Shown: positions 28,627 to 38,899, counted from the whole stretch's first letter. The stretch: DNA of 60,911 bases, filler included, from 9 parts of 9 records of this genome joined end to end with filler, not necessarily neighbours in it; one strand, 5' to 3'. The notes: generated by a model from the letters alone, not told the origin. Numbers and translations: made by a program.

Positions 28627-31600
28627 ATGGGAAGTTCCATTATTGATAATTTTTGGGTCATCGTTTCAGCAGTACTTGTCTTTTTAATGCAACCAGGCTT
28701 CATGTGCCTTGAATCAGGGCTAACTCGTCAAAAGAACAGCATCAATGTCGCCATCAAGAATCTTGCCGATTTTGTATTCTCCTTCATGATCTTCTGGCTT
28801 GTGGGCTTCGGTATGATGTTCGGCCTTTCTTTTGCTGGTATAATCGGCACTAGGAGCTTCACACCGGAATTCGGAAACAGTATTCATTTGGTATCTTTTT
28901 TCCTGTTCCAAGCGATGTTCTGCGGTACTGCCACCACCATTTTTTCCGGTGCAGTGGCCGAACGGATGAGGTTCTCCTCTTACCTGACCATTGCCGTATT
29001 GATGTCCGCTTTTATCTATCCCTTATACGGTCATTGGGCCTGGAACGGCATAGACAAGGGCACCGCCTCCGGATGGCTGGGGGCTGCTGGCTTTGTCGAT
29101 TTTGCCGGTTCAACCGTGGTGCACAGCGTCGGGGGGTGGATGGCGCTGGCCGTCCTCATTATCATCGGTGCGAGAAAAGGCCGGTTTTCACCAAAGGGGA
29201 AGCCGGTAGAAATATGCGGGAGCAATCTGCCCCTTTCCGTTCTCGGAACGCTTCTGCTCTGGATCGGCTGGATTGGATTCAATGGCGGCTCCACCCTGAC
29301 AATGGATGGCCGAGTTCCTGGAATTATCCTCAATACAATGATGGCAGCTGTCTCAGGAGCGATATTTTCACTTTCCATCGGCTTCATGCTGAACCGCGTC
29401 TCTAAGGTTTCTTTTTTAATCAACGGATCATTAGGAGGGCTTGTGGCCATCACTGCCTGCTGCCATTGTGTCAGTACCTTGGAATCGGTTGTAATCGGCG
29501 CCATTTCCGGCGGGGTCTGTCTCTTCTTTGAAGAGCTTTTTCTTTATTACGGCATTGATGACGCCGTTGGCGCTGTCCCGGTCCACCTGGGCTGCGGTAT
29601 CTGGGGAACCCTGGCCGTAGCGCTGTTCGGCGATCCTGAAATACTCGGCACCGGCCTTGAGTTTCTCCCACAATTAAAGATCCAGGTGACCGGCATTGTT
29701 GCTGCTTTTGTTGTGGCTTTTCTGATACCGCTTTTCATTATCAGGGAAATAAACCGGCGCTCTCCGCTCCGGGTCTCACCAGAGGATGAATACATCGGCC
29801 TGAATATTTCCGAGCACGATGCAAAAACAGAAGCTGCGGAATTTCTCCGGGTGATGCAAATCCAGGAAAAAACAGGGGACCTTTCTCTGCGGGTGCCGGC
29901 GGACCCGTTCACGGATACAGGGGTTATAGCCACACGTTATAATAAGATGATGGATGCCTTGCACCGGATCGGTGCCACCTTTCAACAGTTGTTCGACGGC
30001 TCTCCCCAGGCTGTGATTTCAACAGATATTGACGGCTGTATCACCAGGGTCAATAAAGGATTTCAATCATTGTTCGGGCATCCTGCAGCAAAAGTAGTGG
30101 GCGCCTGTCATGTTGATATTATCGTACCTGACAGCCACTGTCTCGAAAGCGTTACTCTCACCCAGGCTGTTCTCAGCGGCAAAAGCATTGAAAAAGAGAC
30201 ACAGAGAAAGCACCATACCGGAAAGTTGATACCGGTTTCCCTGCTGGGATTCCCCCTGATTGTCAACAATGCGATTGAAGGCGTTTTCTATATCTATCAG
30301 GACATTACCGAACGAAAGAGCATGGAGGACGAGCTTTACCGCAAAGCGTTTTATGACAGCCTGACCGGTATCCCCAACCGGGTCTTGTTCATGGAACGGC
30401 TGAAACATGCCTTTAAGAGAACGCAACGAAAAGAAAAATTCAATTTTACCGTTTTGTTTATCGACTTGGACAGCTTTAAGTGGGTGAACGATAATCTGGG
30501 GCACCAGTCCGGTGATATCCTTCTCAGAAAAGTTGTCCAGCGATTCCTCAGCTGCCTCCGTTCCGTGGATACCATTGCCCGCCTCGGCGGAGACGAATTT
30601 GCCGTTCTTCTGGAAGATATCACCAACCCTAAAGAGATTGTCGCCATTGCCCGGCGGCTCAGGAATGAGGCAGTACGGCCATTCACCCTTCAGGGCACAG
30701 AGGCATTGATCAGCGCAAGTATCGGCGTTATTCTTAATACATCCCAGTATACCAAACCCGACCATATCCTGAGGGATGCCGACATTGCCATGTACCGGGC
30801 AAAAACCACCGGGAAGTCAAGAATCAGGGTTTTTAGCAAAAGATTGCATCAGATGAGCCATGAAGCCCTACAATTGGAAAACGAACTTAAAAAGGCAGTT
30901 GAGCGAGATGAGTTTACCCTTTTTTACCAGCCTATTGTCTGTTCAAAAACCCAATCCCTCTGGGGCTTCGAAGCACTAATCAGGTGGGAGCACCCTGAAA
31001 AAGGAAAGATACCGCCTGGTGATTTCATCCCTCTTGCCAAAGAAACCGGCTTGATCGTCCCCATTGGTCAATGGGTGATTAAAACCGCCTGCTGCCAGCT
31101 GAACGAGTGGCGAACCCGTATTTTCGGAGCACAAAATCTGGCTGTGAGCGTAAATATATCCGCCCAGCAGTTTGTCCACAACGATCTTGAACAGATCGTT
31201 GAAAATACCCTCAGGCTCTCAGACCTCCCCCCCGGCTGCCTGATGCTTGAGCTGACAGAAAGCAGTATTATTGAAAAACCCGAGATCATGATCGCACACC
31301 TCAACCGGCTCAAGAAAATCGGGATCAAAATTGCCATTGATGATTTCGGAACCGGGTATTTCTCTTTGGCCTATTTAAAACATTTTCCCATAGATTACCT
31401 TAAAATTGACAAAAGTTTTGTAAATGAAATCAATACCAGCCATGAAAACCTACAGATTGCTAAAACCATCATCATCCTGGCCCGGCATCTGGATCTGCAA
31501 GTGGTGGCCGAAGGCATAGAAAACCATGAGCAGCTTGAAACCATCCGTGGCTTGGATTGCAATTTTATACAAGGATATTATTACTCAGAGCCCTTATCGG

Positions 31601-31674
31601 TCAGAGACGCAGAGGGCTGGATGCAGCAGATGGTGGCCGGTGACCGTTTGCGCATAAGATTGAGAAAAGGTTAA
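28627..31674 (+). CDS. Ammonium transporter-PAS-GGDEF-EAL fusion protein
   Basis: Amt (MQPGFMCLESG, SGAVAER, DFAGSTVVH, GWIGFNGGS, DDAVGAVPVH), PAS ending DITERK, RSVD-TIARL-GGDEF, FEALIRW, DDFGTGYFS, KIDKSF, VAEGIE. Confidence 0.93.
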   Translation: MGSSIIDNFWVIVSAVLVFLMQPGFMCLESGLTRQKNSINVAIKNLADFVFSFMIFWLVGFGMMFGLSFAGIIGTRSFTPEFGNSIHLVSFFLFQAMFCGTATTIFSGAVAERMRFSSYLTIAVLMSAFIYPLYGHWAWNGIDKGTASGWLGAAGFVDFAGSTVVHSVGGWMALAVLIIIGARKGRFSPKGKPVEICGSNLPLSVLGTLLLWIGWIGFNGGSTLTMDGRVPGIILNTMMAAVSGAIFSLSIGFMLNRVSKVSFLINGSLGGLVAITACCHCVSTLESVVIGAISGGVCLFFEELFLYYGIDDAVGAVPVHLGCGIWGTLAVALFGDPEILGTGLEFLPQLKIQVTGIVAAFVVAFLIPLFIIREINRRSPLRVSPEDEYIGLNISEHDAKTEAAEFLRVMQIQEKTGDLSLRVPADPFTDTGVIATRYNKMMDALHRIGATFQQLFDGSPQAVISTDIDGCITRVNKGFQSLFGHPAAKVVGACHVDIIVPDSHCLESVTLTQAVLSGKSIEKETQRKHHTGKLIPVSLLGFPLIVNNAIEGVFYIYQDITERKSMEDELYRKAFYDSLTGIPNRVLFMERLKHAFKRTQRKEKFNFTVLFIDLDSFKWVNDNLGHQSGDILLRKVVQRFLSCLRSVDTIARLGGDEFAVLLEDITNPKEIVAIARRLRNEAVRPFTLQGTEALISASIGVILNTSQYTKPDHILRDADIAMYRAKTTGKSRIRVFSKRLHQMSHEALQLENELKKAVERDEFTLFYQPIVCSKTQSLWGFEALIRWEHPEKGKIPPGDFIPLAKETGLIVPIGQWVIKTACCQLNEWRTRIFGAQNLAVSVNISAQQFVHNDLEQIVENTLRLSDLPPGCLMLELTESSIIEKPEIMIAHLNRLKKIGIKIAIDDFGTGYFSLAYLKHFPIDYLKIDKSFVNEINTSHENLQIAKTIIILARHLDLQVVAEGIENHEQLETIRGLDCNFIQGYYYSEPLSVRDAEGWMQQMVAGDRLRIRLRKG

Positions 31675-33056
31675 ATTTTCAGATCGCAGCACAGTACGCA
31701 ATCTCCTTGTGCGCAGGTAAACTTCATGGACAGGGTCACGCACATGTGAGCCCCTGTAATGGAAAGATAGGGCCGAGTGACCTGGAGTTGGTCTGGATGG
31801 TAGATGGCGCGTCTTAGGTAATGGCGGCGGAACCAGTCGGCACTGCTTGCATCTTCCAGGGGTTTGAACCGCTTGTCTTTCATGGCGTTATACATAGAAG
31901 CCACCAGGGTCTGACCGATCTGTATCCCATTGGTATCGATGCGGTAGCAGCGGACAATTTCGAGAGTTGACAACATGTTCTTGCAGGCTGCCGACATCTC
32001 TTTCCCTGCTTTGAGCATGGATATGGCCTTCTCAAACAAGATACGGTGCCTTTGGATACGTTGCCAGAACTTTGTTTCGCTGTAGTGAGATTTGCTTTTA
32101 AAATCTGCCAGGAGATGGTTAAATCCGTCGAACTCCGGTGGAGGTTGCCTCAGATTGGTGAAAGGCCTGTCGAAAAAAAAACCCTGTACGAAATCCACAT
32201 CACTTTCGATGGCTATCATGGCCTGATCCTTGGTTTCAACCCCTTCCATGAGTACCAGGGCGCCGGCCTGGTGGAGGAGTGTAACAATTCCGGAGAGAAT
32301 TTGCCTAATTTCCGGATTGAGACTGGCCCTGACCATAAAGGAACGGTCCAGTTTGACAATATCCGGTCGAAGCGTCCAGATCCGGTCAAAGTTGGAATAT
32401 CCGGCCCCGAAATCATCAATGGCAATCAGGCAGCCAAGTTTCTTGAAATAGGCAATGGTCTCCATGAGTTGAGCGTTTTCACTGGTGGGATGCTCCACCA
32501 CCTCAACCACAATACGGTGGGGTGGAAAATCATGAAACTCCAAGAGCTCACTGAAATACGAGCCGTATGTTCTTCTTCCTCTACTGATGGTTATGGGGGG
32601 AATGTTGAGGAATAACCAGTTCATAGAATCATTGATAATCCGGTAGTTATGTATGTGGATAAACCGACAGAGCCGGTCCAGCTGAATGGTCTCGACAGCA
32701 GAGTGCTCCTGCTCAAAAAGGGTGGCCGGTGATACGGGGCCCCCGACTTCATCCTTGATCCGCACCAGAGCTTCATGGCCTACTACCCGTTTGTGAGCAA
32801 GGCTGTATATAGGCTGCAAGGCCGTCATCAAATTCAGGTTATTGAATTTACCGGTCATGAAAGGGGCGTGATGTTCCACCTGTTGCTGTATATAATTTAG
32901 GTCGAGATTTAATGTCTTTTTCATCTTGGTGTCATTTTTTTCCTGCATTACGGTTTTGTGTGTTTGCCTCTTGTCGGAGCGTCTTAAAATATAGCAAATA
33001 GTATACCAGGCCGAAAATACAATCAAATAAACCATAGTCAAACTATAAACATTCAA
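31671..33056 (-). CDS. EAL-domain c-di-GMP phosphodiesterase with C-terminal YkuI/Cache-like domain
   Basis: LQPI, HEALVR, DDFGAGYSN, VKLDRS, MEGVET, QGFF; C-terminal DWFRRHY...PYLSITGAHMCVTLS. True start is probably 32948 or 32924. Confidence 0.88.
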   Translation of the reverse strand: MNVYSLTMVYLIVFSAWYTICYILRRSDKRQTHKTVMQEKNDTKMKKTLNLDLNYIQQQVEHHAPFMTGKFNNLNLMTALQPIYSLAHKRVVGHEALVRIKDEVGGPVSPATLFEQEHSAVETIQLDRLCRFIHIHNYRIINDSMNWLFLNIPPITISRGRRTYGSYFSELLEFHDFPPHRIVVEVVEHPTSENAQLMETIAYFKKLGCLIAIDDFGAGYSNFDRIWTLRPDIVKLDRSFMVRASLNPEIRQILSGIVTLLHQAGALVLMEGVETKDQAMIAIESDVDFVQGFFFDRPFTNLRQPPPEFDGFNHLLADFKSKSHYSETKFWQRIQRHRILFEKAISMLKAGKEMSAACKNMLSTLEIVRCYRIDTNGIQIGQTLVASMYNAMKDKRFKPLEDASSADWFRRHYLRRAIYHPDQLQVTRPYLSITGAHMCVTLSMKFTCAQGDCVLCCDLKI

Positions 33057-33106
33057 AAATGTAATTAAGTAGAGGATATAAGTTACATTTTTGGATATAA
33101 AGTACA
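33055..33106. promoter_or_regulatory. Candidate activator/regulator sites in the divergent EAL/MCP spacer
   Basis: Perfect inverted repeat AAAAATGTAA-N18-TTACATTTTT (33055-33092); direct repeat GGATATAAGTTACA/GGATATAAAGTACA (33074, 33093). Confidence 0.45.
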
Positions 33107-33161
33107 GCTAAACAACAATATCCCCACTGAAAAGTAACATATCTATAGTTAGATGACTACC

Positions 33162-33177
33162 TGGCATCCAATTTGCT
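33162..33177 (+). promoter_or_regulatory. Sigma54 promoter of the soluble chemoreceptor
   Basis: TGGCAT-CCAAT-TTGCT, near-consensus -24/-12. Confidence 0.75.
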
Positions 33178-33235
33178 TCTTTAAAATTTTGCAAAAAAAA
33201 TTGTAGCGCCGATTAAAATGAATAGGAGAGGCAAG

Positions 33236-34666
33236 ATGTTGTTCGGATTTATGAAAAACAGGGTAACTGAAGCGGAATCAGACCCAATGAGTGAAATCGA
33301 AATAATGTTGAAAAACACCTGGGATCTTACCAAGAAGCATGTCGTCAAAAACAAAGAGCCTGACGCCAGGGCTATAAATGCTTTTAATAGTTTTTTTGAA
33401 AAACTTAACCGCACTATTACCGCCCTTCTAAGAAACATAGTAGCCCTGGCTGCACTGACACCTGAGCTTACCGCTTTTTCCAAAACTTTCCGACAGCTGG
33501 TCGGTGAACAAGAAGCTAAAGTGGCCGACATTGCCGAGGCTGGGGACAGGGTCACCCTGGGTATTGAGGACATTTCAACCAGTACGGGTGAGCTGAACCA
33601 GAAATTCACTGCTATGAAGGTGGATGTGGAAACCGCCATGAACCAGGGAAATCTTAGTATGACAGGGTTCAACGAAATAAAATCACAGGTAAACATTCTC
33701 GTGAATACCATTCAAGCCCTCAGAGAGAATTCAGCCTCAATCGGTTCCATATCAGATACCATCAACGCCATATCCGACGAGAGCAATATCCTTTCTCTCA
33801 ATGCCCGTATTGAAGCAGCAAAGGGGCAGGCCGACGGAAAAGGATTCAAAGTTATCGCCGAAGAAGTGGGGCTCCTGGCAAAACAGTCTAAAGCTGCCAC
33901 CAATGATATCAAGGCGCGGCTGGGGCTGCTGGGAGAAAAAATAGCGGCAACTGTTACTGCCGTAGAAACAGTGGAACAACATGTTACGGCTTGTGAACGA
34001 CAGATCCTGGATGCCAATATGTCCCTGGACCATGTTTATTCCCAATTCATCCCCCTCTCCAAAAGCGTGGACACAATCAGTTGCGCCACCCAACAACAGA
34101 CCCAAAATATAAAACGGGTAACATTGAATATAGATGAAATTAAAGCTTCAGCCAGGCGTCAGACAACTGATGTAAAGACCATCCTGACCATTGCGGACCG
34201 TGTGGCTTCCGCCTGCGACGGAATGGTTACAGACGCCGGGGGATTCCATATTTCCGGCCACGGCAGCGCCAGAACTGCCGCCCTTGAAATGGCGAGCAAC
34301 ATGGATATAATAAGCGGTGAACCCAGTATCAGAGAGAAAACGTTAACGACATTTCTTGACCGGTTCCCATTTATTGAGTTAGCCTATATCACCGATACGA
34401 ACGGCAGGCAGGTCTCCTCCAATATTTATGCAAAGGCTTTGGCCGGAAGAAAAGGACTCACAACAGGTATAGGCAGTGACTGGTCCGGCAAGGAATGGTT
34501 CACCAAAGCACTTAGCAATAACACACCCTTTATATCAAAGGTATATCGCTCATCCGCCACCCGGGAATTCTGCTTTACCGTTTCGCTACCCCTCAGGTAT
34601 GCCGGCGGGAACATCGTAGGGGTTCTAAGTATTGATGTGAATTTCAGAGATATGCTGGACATATAA
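33236..34666 (+). CDS. Soluble methyl-accepting chemotaxis protein with C-terminal Cache/PDC-like domain
   Basis: ILSLNARIEAAKGQADGKGFKVIAEEV signalling tip, no TM segments, C-terminal DWSGKEWF...VYRSSATREFCFTVS; AGGAG RBS before ATG 33236. Confidence 0.88.
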   Translation: MLFGFMKNRVTEAESDPMSEIEIMLKNTWDLTKKHVVKNKEPDARAINAFNSFFEKLNRTITALLRNIVALAALTPELTAFSKTFRQLVGEQEAKVADIAEAGDRVTLGIEDISTSTGELNQKFTAMKVDVETAMNQGNLSMTGFNEIKSQVNILVNTIQALRENSASIGSISDTINAISDESNILSLNARIEAAKGQADGKGFKVIAEEVGLLAKQSKAATNDIKARLGLLGEKIAATVTAVETVEQHVTACERQILDANMSLDHVYSQFIPLSKSVDTISCATQQQTQNIKRVTLNIDEIKASARRQTTDVKTILTIADRVASACDGMVTDAGGFHISGHGSARTAALEMASNMDIISGEPSIREKTLTTFLDRFPFIELAYITDTNGRQVSSNIYAKALAGRKGLTTGIGSDWSGKEWFTKALSNNTPFISKVYRSSATREFCFTVSLPLRYAGGNIVGVLSIDVNFRDMLDI

Positions 34667-34745
34667 AGAATTATTTCAAAAACACAATACCATCAATGTC
34701 GGATTTCAAACCCCAGACTATTATTAAGAACTGAACCGCTACGCG

Positions 34746-34845
34746 NNNNNNNNNNNNNNNNNNNNNNNNNNNNNNNNNNNNNNNNNNNNTTAATTAATTA
34801 ANNNNNNNNNNNNNNNNNNNNNNNNNNNNNNNNNNNNNNNNNNNN
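34746..34845. other. Artificial contig spacer
   Basis: N44-TTAATTAATTAA-N44. Confidence 0.99.
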
Positions 34846-34938
34846 CATGACAAATTCACGCTAATCCGCGATGAGCCAAAATTAATAAAGATTAACCCCC
34901 CTTTCCGGATGGTAAAGTTGGATGAATGAGGGCTCCAT

Positions 34939-37311
34939 ATGACGGAAATTTTGATTGTAGATGACGATTGGCTGATAAGGCTCGAAATTGCAAGGATGAT
35001 CACCGATCTCGGTTATGAGGTGGCTGGGCAGGCGGAAACAGGAATGGAAGCCATTTCCATGGCCAGGGACCTTAAACCCGATCTTATTCTCATGGATGTG
35101 ATGATGCCGGGTGGAATGAACGGTATCGATGCCGCCATGAAAATCAAGACGGAATCGGATATTCCCATCGTATTCATATCCGGATACGGAGATCCGGAAC
35201 TCATTGAAAAAGCAAAAATGATTGAACCGTTCGGCTACGTTATGAAGCCCTTTGATGAAACCGAAGTCAAAGCGTTTGTGGAAATCGCTCTTTATAAGAG
35301 CAAAATGGAAAGGAAATTGGGACAGGCCAATAAACAATTGAATGATATGAACCTCTCCTTACAAGAGGAAATAATAAGCCGGAAATATGCCGAAGAGGTG
35401 CTATCGGATTCACAACGCTTCGCCAAGCTGGGAAGTTGGGAGCTTGATCTCAATAACCGGATCATCACCCTTAGCAAAGAACATCAATTTATGGTCGGAA
35501 AGGAACCCGTAGAAACCGCGCTACCCTTATCCCAATATTCCAGGGATTATGTTGTTGAAAAAGATGTCCCCATTATTCAGGACCGATTGGCTTATGCCAT
35601 TGAAAATAAAGAAAATTACAGTTATAAAGATAGCTTTGAATACCGTCTGAAGACGAATGATGTGGACGGATATAAATATTTTTCTGTTGAAAGCCGATTA
35701 AAATCAAAAGGCATCATCAAGGGCGTCACCCAGGACATCAGCCAACGAAAACGGGCGGAAGAGGCCCTGCGGTCGAGCGAAAAGAAATACCGAACCATCC
35801 TCGAAAGCATTGGAGATGGCTACTTTGAAGTTGATATGGCTGGAAATCTGACATTCTTTAATGATTCATTTTGCAAGATCGTCGGCTATTCGGAAGATGA
35901 ATTGATGGGCACCAACTACAGGAAGAATACGGATAAGGCGGCAGAGAAAAAAATATATGAAGTGTTCAACATGGTTTATGCGACGGGAAAGCCCGTCAAC
36001 GGAGTCCGGCATGTGTTTTCAGGGAAAGGGGGTCGCAAGGTACATCTTGAGATCTCGGTATCTTTGATAAAAAATTCAGAGGGGCGGAGAATCGGATTTC
36101 GAGGTGTCGCACGCGATGTTACGGAAAGGATGGTTGCCGAAGAAGCGCGGATAAAGCTTGAAGAGCAACTCCACCGTGCCCAGAAGATGGCGGCACTGGG
36201 GACATTGGTGGCAGGCGTCGCCCATGAGATCAACAATCCCAACAACTTTATAACCCTCAACGCACCCATGTTAAACAAGGCATGGCGAAGTATCATTCCG
36301 ATCCTTGAAGTGTACTATGATCATCACGGAGATTTCAGTGTGGGCGGCCTGCCCTATACGACCATGCAAGAAAGAGTGCCGCAACTCCTGGCGGGCATAT
36401 CCGACGGAAGCGGGAGAATCAAAAAAATCGTTTCCGATTTGAAACGTTTTGCAAGCCCGGATTCGGCAGTCTCCTTTGAGCCTGTGGATATCAATAGTGC
36501 TGTAAAATCAGCACTGACACTTGTTTCCAATCTGCTCAAAAAATCAACGGACAATTTCAAGGTTGAATATGGCCGCAACATGCCGAAGATAAATGGGAAT
36601 CATCAACATATCGAACAGGTTGTCATTAATTTGGTACAAAACGCCTGCCAGGCACTTCGTGACAAAAAAGAAGAGATCCGTATCTCCACAACCTACCGGG
36701 AAGAGGATGAAATCATCCTGATCAAGGTTCGGGACCAGGGCGTGGGTATTCCGGGTGAATCCCTGCCGAGGATAATGGACCCTTTTTATACCACCAGACG
36801 AAACTCCGGAGGAACGGGCCTGGGACTTTCAGTCTCATTTTCCATAATAGAAAAACACTCGGGAAATCTGACCGTCACCAGTGAGGAAGGGAAGGGATCC
36901 GTCTTTACGGTCTCTTTGCCTGTTAAAGGGAAAAACAATCGGATAAAAGTTCTGGTGGTGGATGACGATGATATGGTTCGGGAAACCATCGTTGAGACCC
37001 TTGAGAAGGATTTCATGTTTTCCATAGAGGAAGCGCCCAATGGAATGGATGCCTGCATCAAGCTGGGGGCATTTAAACCCGACCTTCTCATCCTGGATAT
37101 CCGGATGCCGGACATGAACGGGGTCGAGGTATGTAAAAGAATCAAGGCGAAACCGGAGTTTGACAACATGAAGGTGATTATCATCACCGGGTTTCCGGGT
37201 GGTGATAATGCCGAAAAAATTGCCGGGATGGGATTCGGCAATTTTTGCACCAAACCGGTCAAATTGACGGATTTTAAGGCGATGGTGCAAAAGGTACTGA
37301 GTAGAGATTGA
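34939..37311 (+). CDS. Cytoplasmic hybrid histidine kinase REC-PAS-PAS-HisKA-HATPase-REC
   Basis: ILIVDDD/LMDVMMP, two PAS domains, GVAHEINNPN, DPFYTT..GGTGLGL, C-terminal VLVVDDD/LDIRMP. Confidence 0.92.
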   Translation: MTEILIVDDDWLIRLEIARMITDLGYEVAGQAETGMEAISMARDLKPDLILMDVMMPGGMNGIDAAMKIKTESDIPIVFISGYGDPELIEKAKMIEPFGYVMKPFDETEVKAFVEIALYKSKMERKLGQANKQLNDMNLSLQEEIISRKYAEEVLSDSQRFAKLGSWELDLNNRIITLSKEHQFMVGKEPVETALPLSQYSRDYVVEKDVPIIQDRLAYAIENKENYSYKDSFEYRLKTNDVDGYKYFSVESRLKSKGIIKGVTQDISQRKRAEEALRSSEKKYRTILESIGDGYFEVDMAGNLTFFNDSFCKIVGYSEDELMGTNYRKNTDKAAEKKIYEVFNMVYATGKPVNGVRHVFSGKGGRKVHLEISVSLIKNSEGRRIGFRGVARDVTERMVAEEARIKLEEQLHRAQKMAALGTLVAGVAHEINNPNNFITLNAPMLNKAWRSIIPILEVYYDHHGDFSVGGLPYTTMQERVPQLLAGISDGSGRIKKIVSDLKRFASPDSAVSFEPVDINSAVKSALTLVSNLLKKSTDNFKVEYGRNMPKINGNHQHIEQVVINLVQNACQALRDKKEEIRISTTYREEDEIILIKVRDQGVGIPGESLPRIMDPFYTTRRNSGGTGLGLSVSFSIIEKHSGNLTVTSEEGKGSVFTVSLPVKGKNNRIKVLVVDDDDMVRETIVETLEKDFMFSIEEAPNGMDACIKLGAFKPDLLILDIRMPDMNGVEVCKRIKAKPEFDNMKVIIITGFPGGDNAEKIAGMGFGNFCTKPVKLTDFKAMVQKVLSRD

Positions 37312-37356
37312 AAGATGCCGAAACAGATGGCTTATGACTCTGAAGCGAGGTGAAAA

Positions 37357-38790
37357 TTGCAACCCGCCGAACTCCCTTCTCTTCCCGTTTTGATGGTGGA
37401 TGACGAAGAGCACCTGCTGATCAGCTTTGACACGGTTCTCCGCACAAACGGAATCAACAACATCCTTTTATGTCATGACGCCCGTGAGGTGGCGGCGGTC
37501 CTTTCCCAAAATCAGGTGGGGGTGATGTTGCTTGACCTTATAATGCCTCACATATCGGGCGAAGAGGTCCTTTCAAGGGTCTCCCGTGATTTCCCCGAGA
37601 TTCCCATTATAGTGGTCACCGGGGTGGATGAAATTGACACCGCCGTCAAATGTGTTAAATCGGGTGCCTTCGACTACATGGTAAAGCCCGTTGAAGAAGG
37701 GAGGCTCGTGACCACCATAAAACGGGCAATCCATTTCAGAGAACTACAGCGTGAAAACAGTTCCCTCAAAACCAGGATTATATCAAGAAAACTTGATCAT
37801 CCCGAAGCCTTTTCCGAAATAAAGACGGTGAATGGGACCATGCACGGTCTGTTTCAATATGCCGAGGCAATTGCCGACAGCCCCATGCCCATATTGACAA
37901 CGGGAGAGACGGGCACGGGAAAAGAACTCCTGGTCAATGCCATTCACTCGCTCAGCCCTTGTAAAGGTGAGCTTGTGAAGGTCAACATCGCCGGTCTCGA
38001 TGAGCATATGTTTGCGGATACCCTTTTCGGGCACAGAAAAGGGGCGTTTACAGGTGCCGGTAACACACGCCCAGGGCTCATTGAACGTGCATCCGGGGGG
38101 ACATTGTTCCTGGATGAAATCGGAGATCTGAACCCATCTTCACAGGTCAAACTGCTTCGGCTTTTACAGGACCGGGAATATTATCCCATCGGTGAGGACC
38201 TCCCTCAATTCACGGATGCCAGAATTATTGCGGCAACAAGCCTGACCCTTCAGGACCTTTTCCGGTCGGACATTTTCCGCAAAGACCTTTACTACAGGCT
38301 CCAGACCCATCATCTCCATATCCCTCCCCTCAGGGAACGGATTGAGGACATCAGGGTTCTCCTGCCTCATTTTCTGATAAAGGCCTCCCGGGAACTGGGT
38401 AAAAAAACGCCCACACCCCCCAAGGAGTTGTATACCCTTCTTTCCACCTACCATTTTCCGGGAAACATAAGGGAACTTCAGTCAATGGTCTATGACGCCG
38501 TCGGCAAACATGGGTCTGGAAAGCTGCCCATGAAGGTATTCGCATCTTATATGGATGAGAGGCGTTCATCGGAGGAACCAAAGGCCGTACGGATTGAAGC
38601 AACACGGTATTACCCCCTTTCCCCCTCCCAACCGCTCCCCACCCTTAAGGATGCTGAAAACAGCCTGATCGCCGAAGCGTTAAAACGTTCCGAAGGCAAT
38701 CAAAGCATGGCGGCCCGGCTTTTGGGTATCAGCAGGCAGGCACTCAACAGAAGGATGAAGGCCAAATCCCACCGATCCGTGACCGACTGA
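37357..38790 (+). CDS. Sigma54-dependent response regulator (NtrC family)
   Basis: [33 protein letters not shown], Fis HTH; GAGGTG RBS before TTG. Confidence 0.93.
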   Translation: MQPAELPSLPVLMVDDEEHLLISFDTVLRTNGINNILLCHDAREVAAVLSQNQVGVMLLDLIMPHISGEEVLSRVSRDFPEIPIIVVTGVDEIDTAVKCVKSGAFDYMVKPVEEGRLVTTIKRAIHFRELQRENSSLKTRIISRKLDHPEAFSEIKTVNGTMHGLFQYAEAIADSPMPILTTGETGTGKELLVNAIHSLSPCKGELVKVNIAGLDEHMFADTLFGHRKGAFTGAGNTRPGLIERASGGTLFLDEIGDLNPSSQVKLLRLLQDREYYPIGEDLPQFTDARIIAATSLTLQDLFRSDIFRKDLYYRLQTHHLHIPPLRERIEDIRVLLPHFLIKASRELGKKTPTPPKELYTLLSTYHFPGNIRELQSMVYDAVGKHGSGKLPMKVFASYMDERRSSEEPKAVRIEATRYYPLSPSQPLPTLKDAENSLIAEALKRSEGNQSMAARLLGISRQALNRRMKAKSHRSVTD

Positions 38791-38880
38791 AAGGGTAACC
38801 GGTTTCTTACAGTCGTCCGAAACCGGACACCTGATTTAACCCATTGAAAATAAAATAAATATCGTGAAAGTCTCCGGTCC

Positions 38881-38899
38881 GTGTCAACATATGTTGCAC
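38881..38899. promoter_or_regulatory. Palindrome CAACATATGTTG, candidate enhancer site
   Basis: Perfect 12-bp palindrome (38885-38896) within GTGTCAACATATGTTGCAC, between the sigma54 activator and cheW. Confidence 0.45.
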
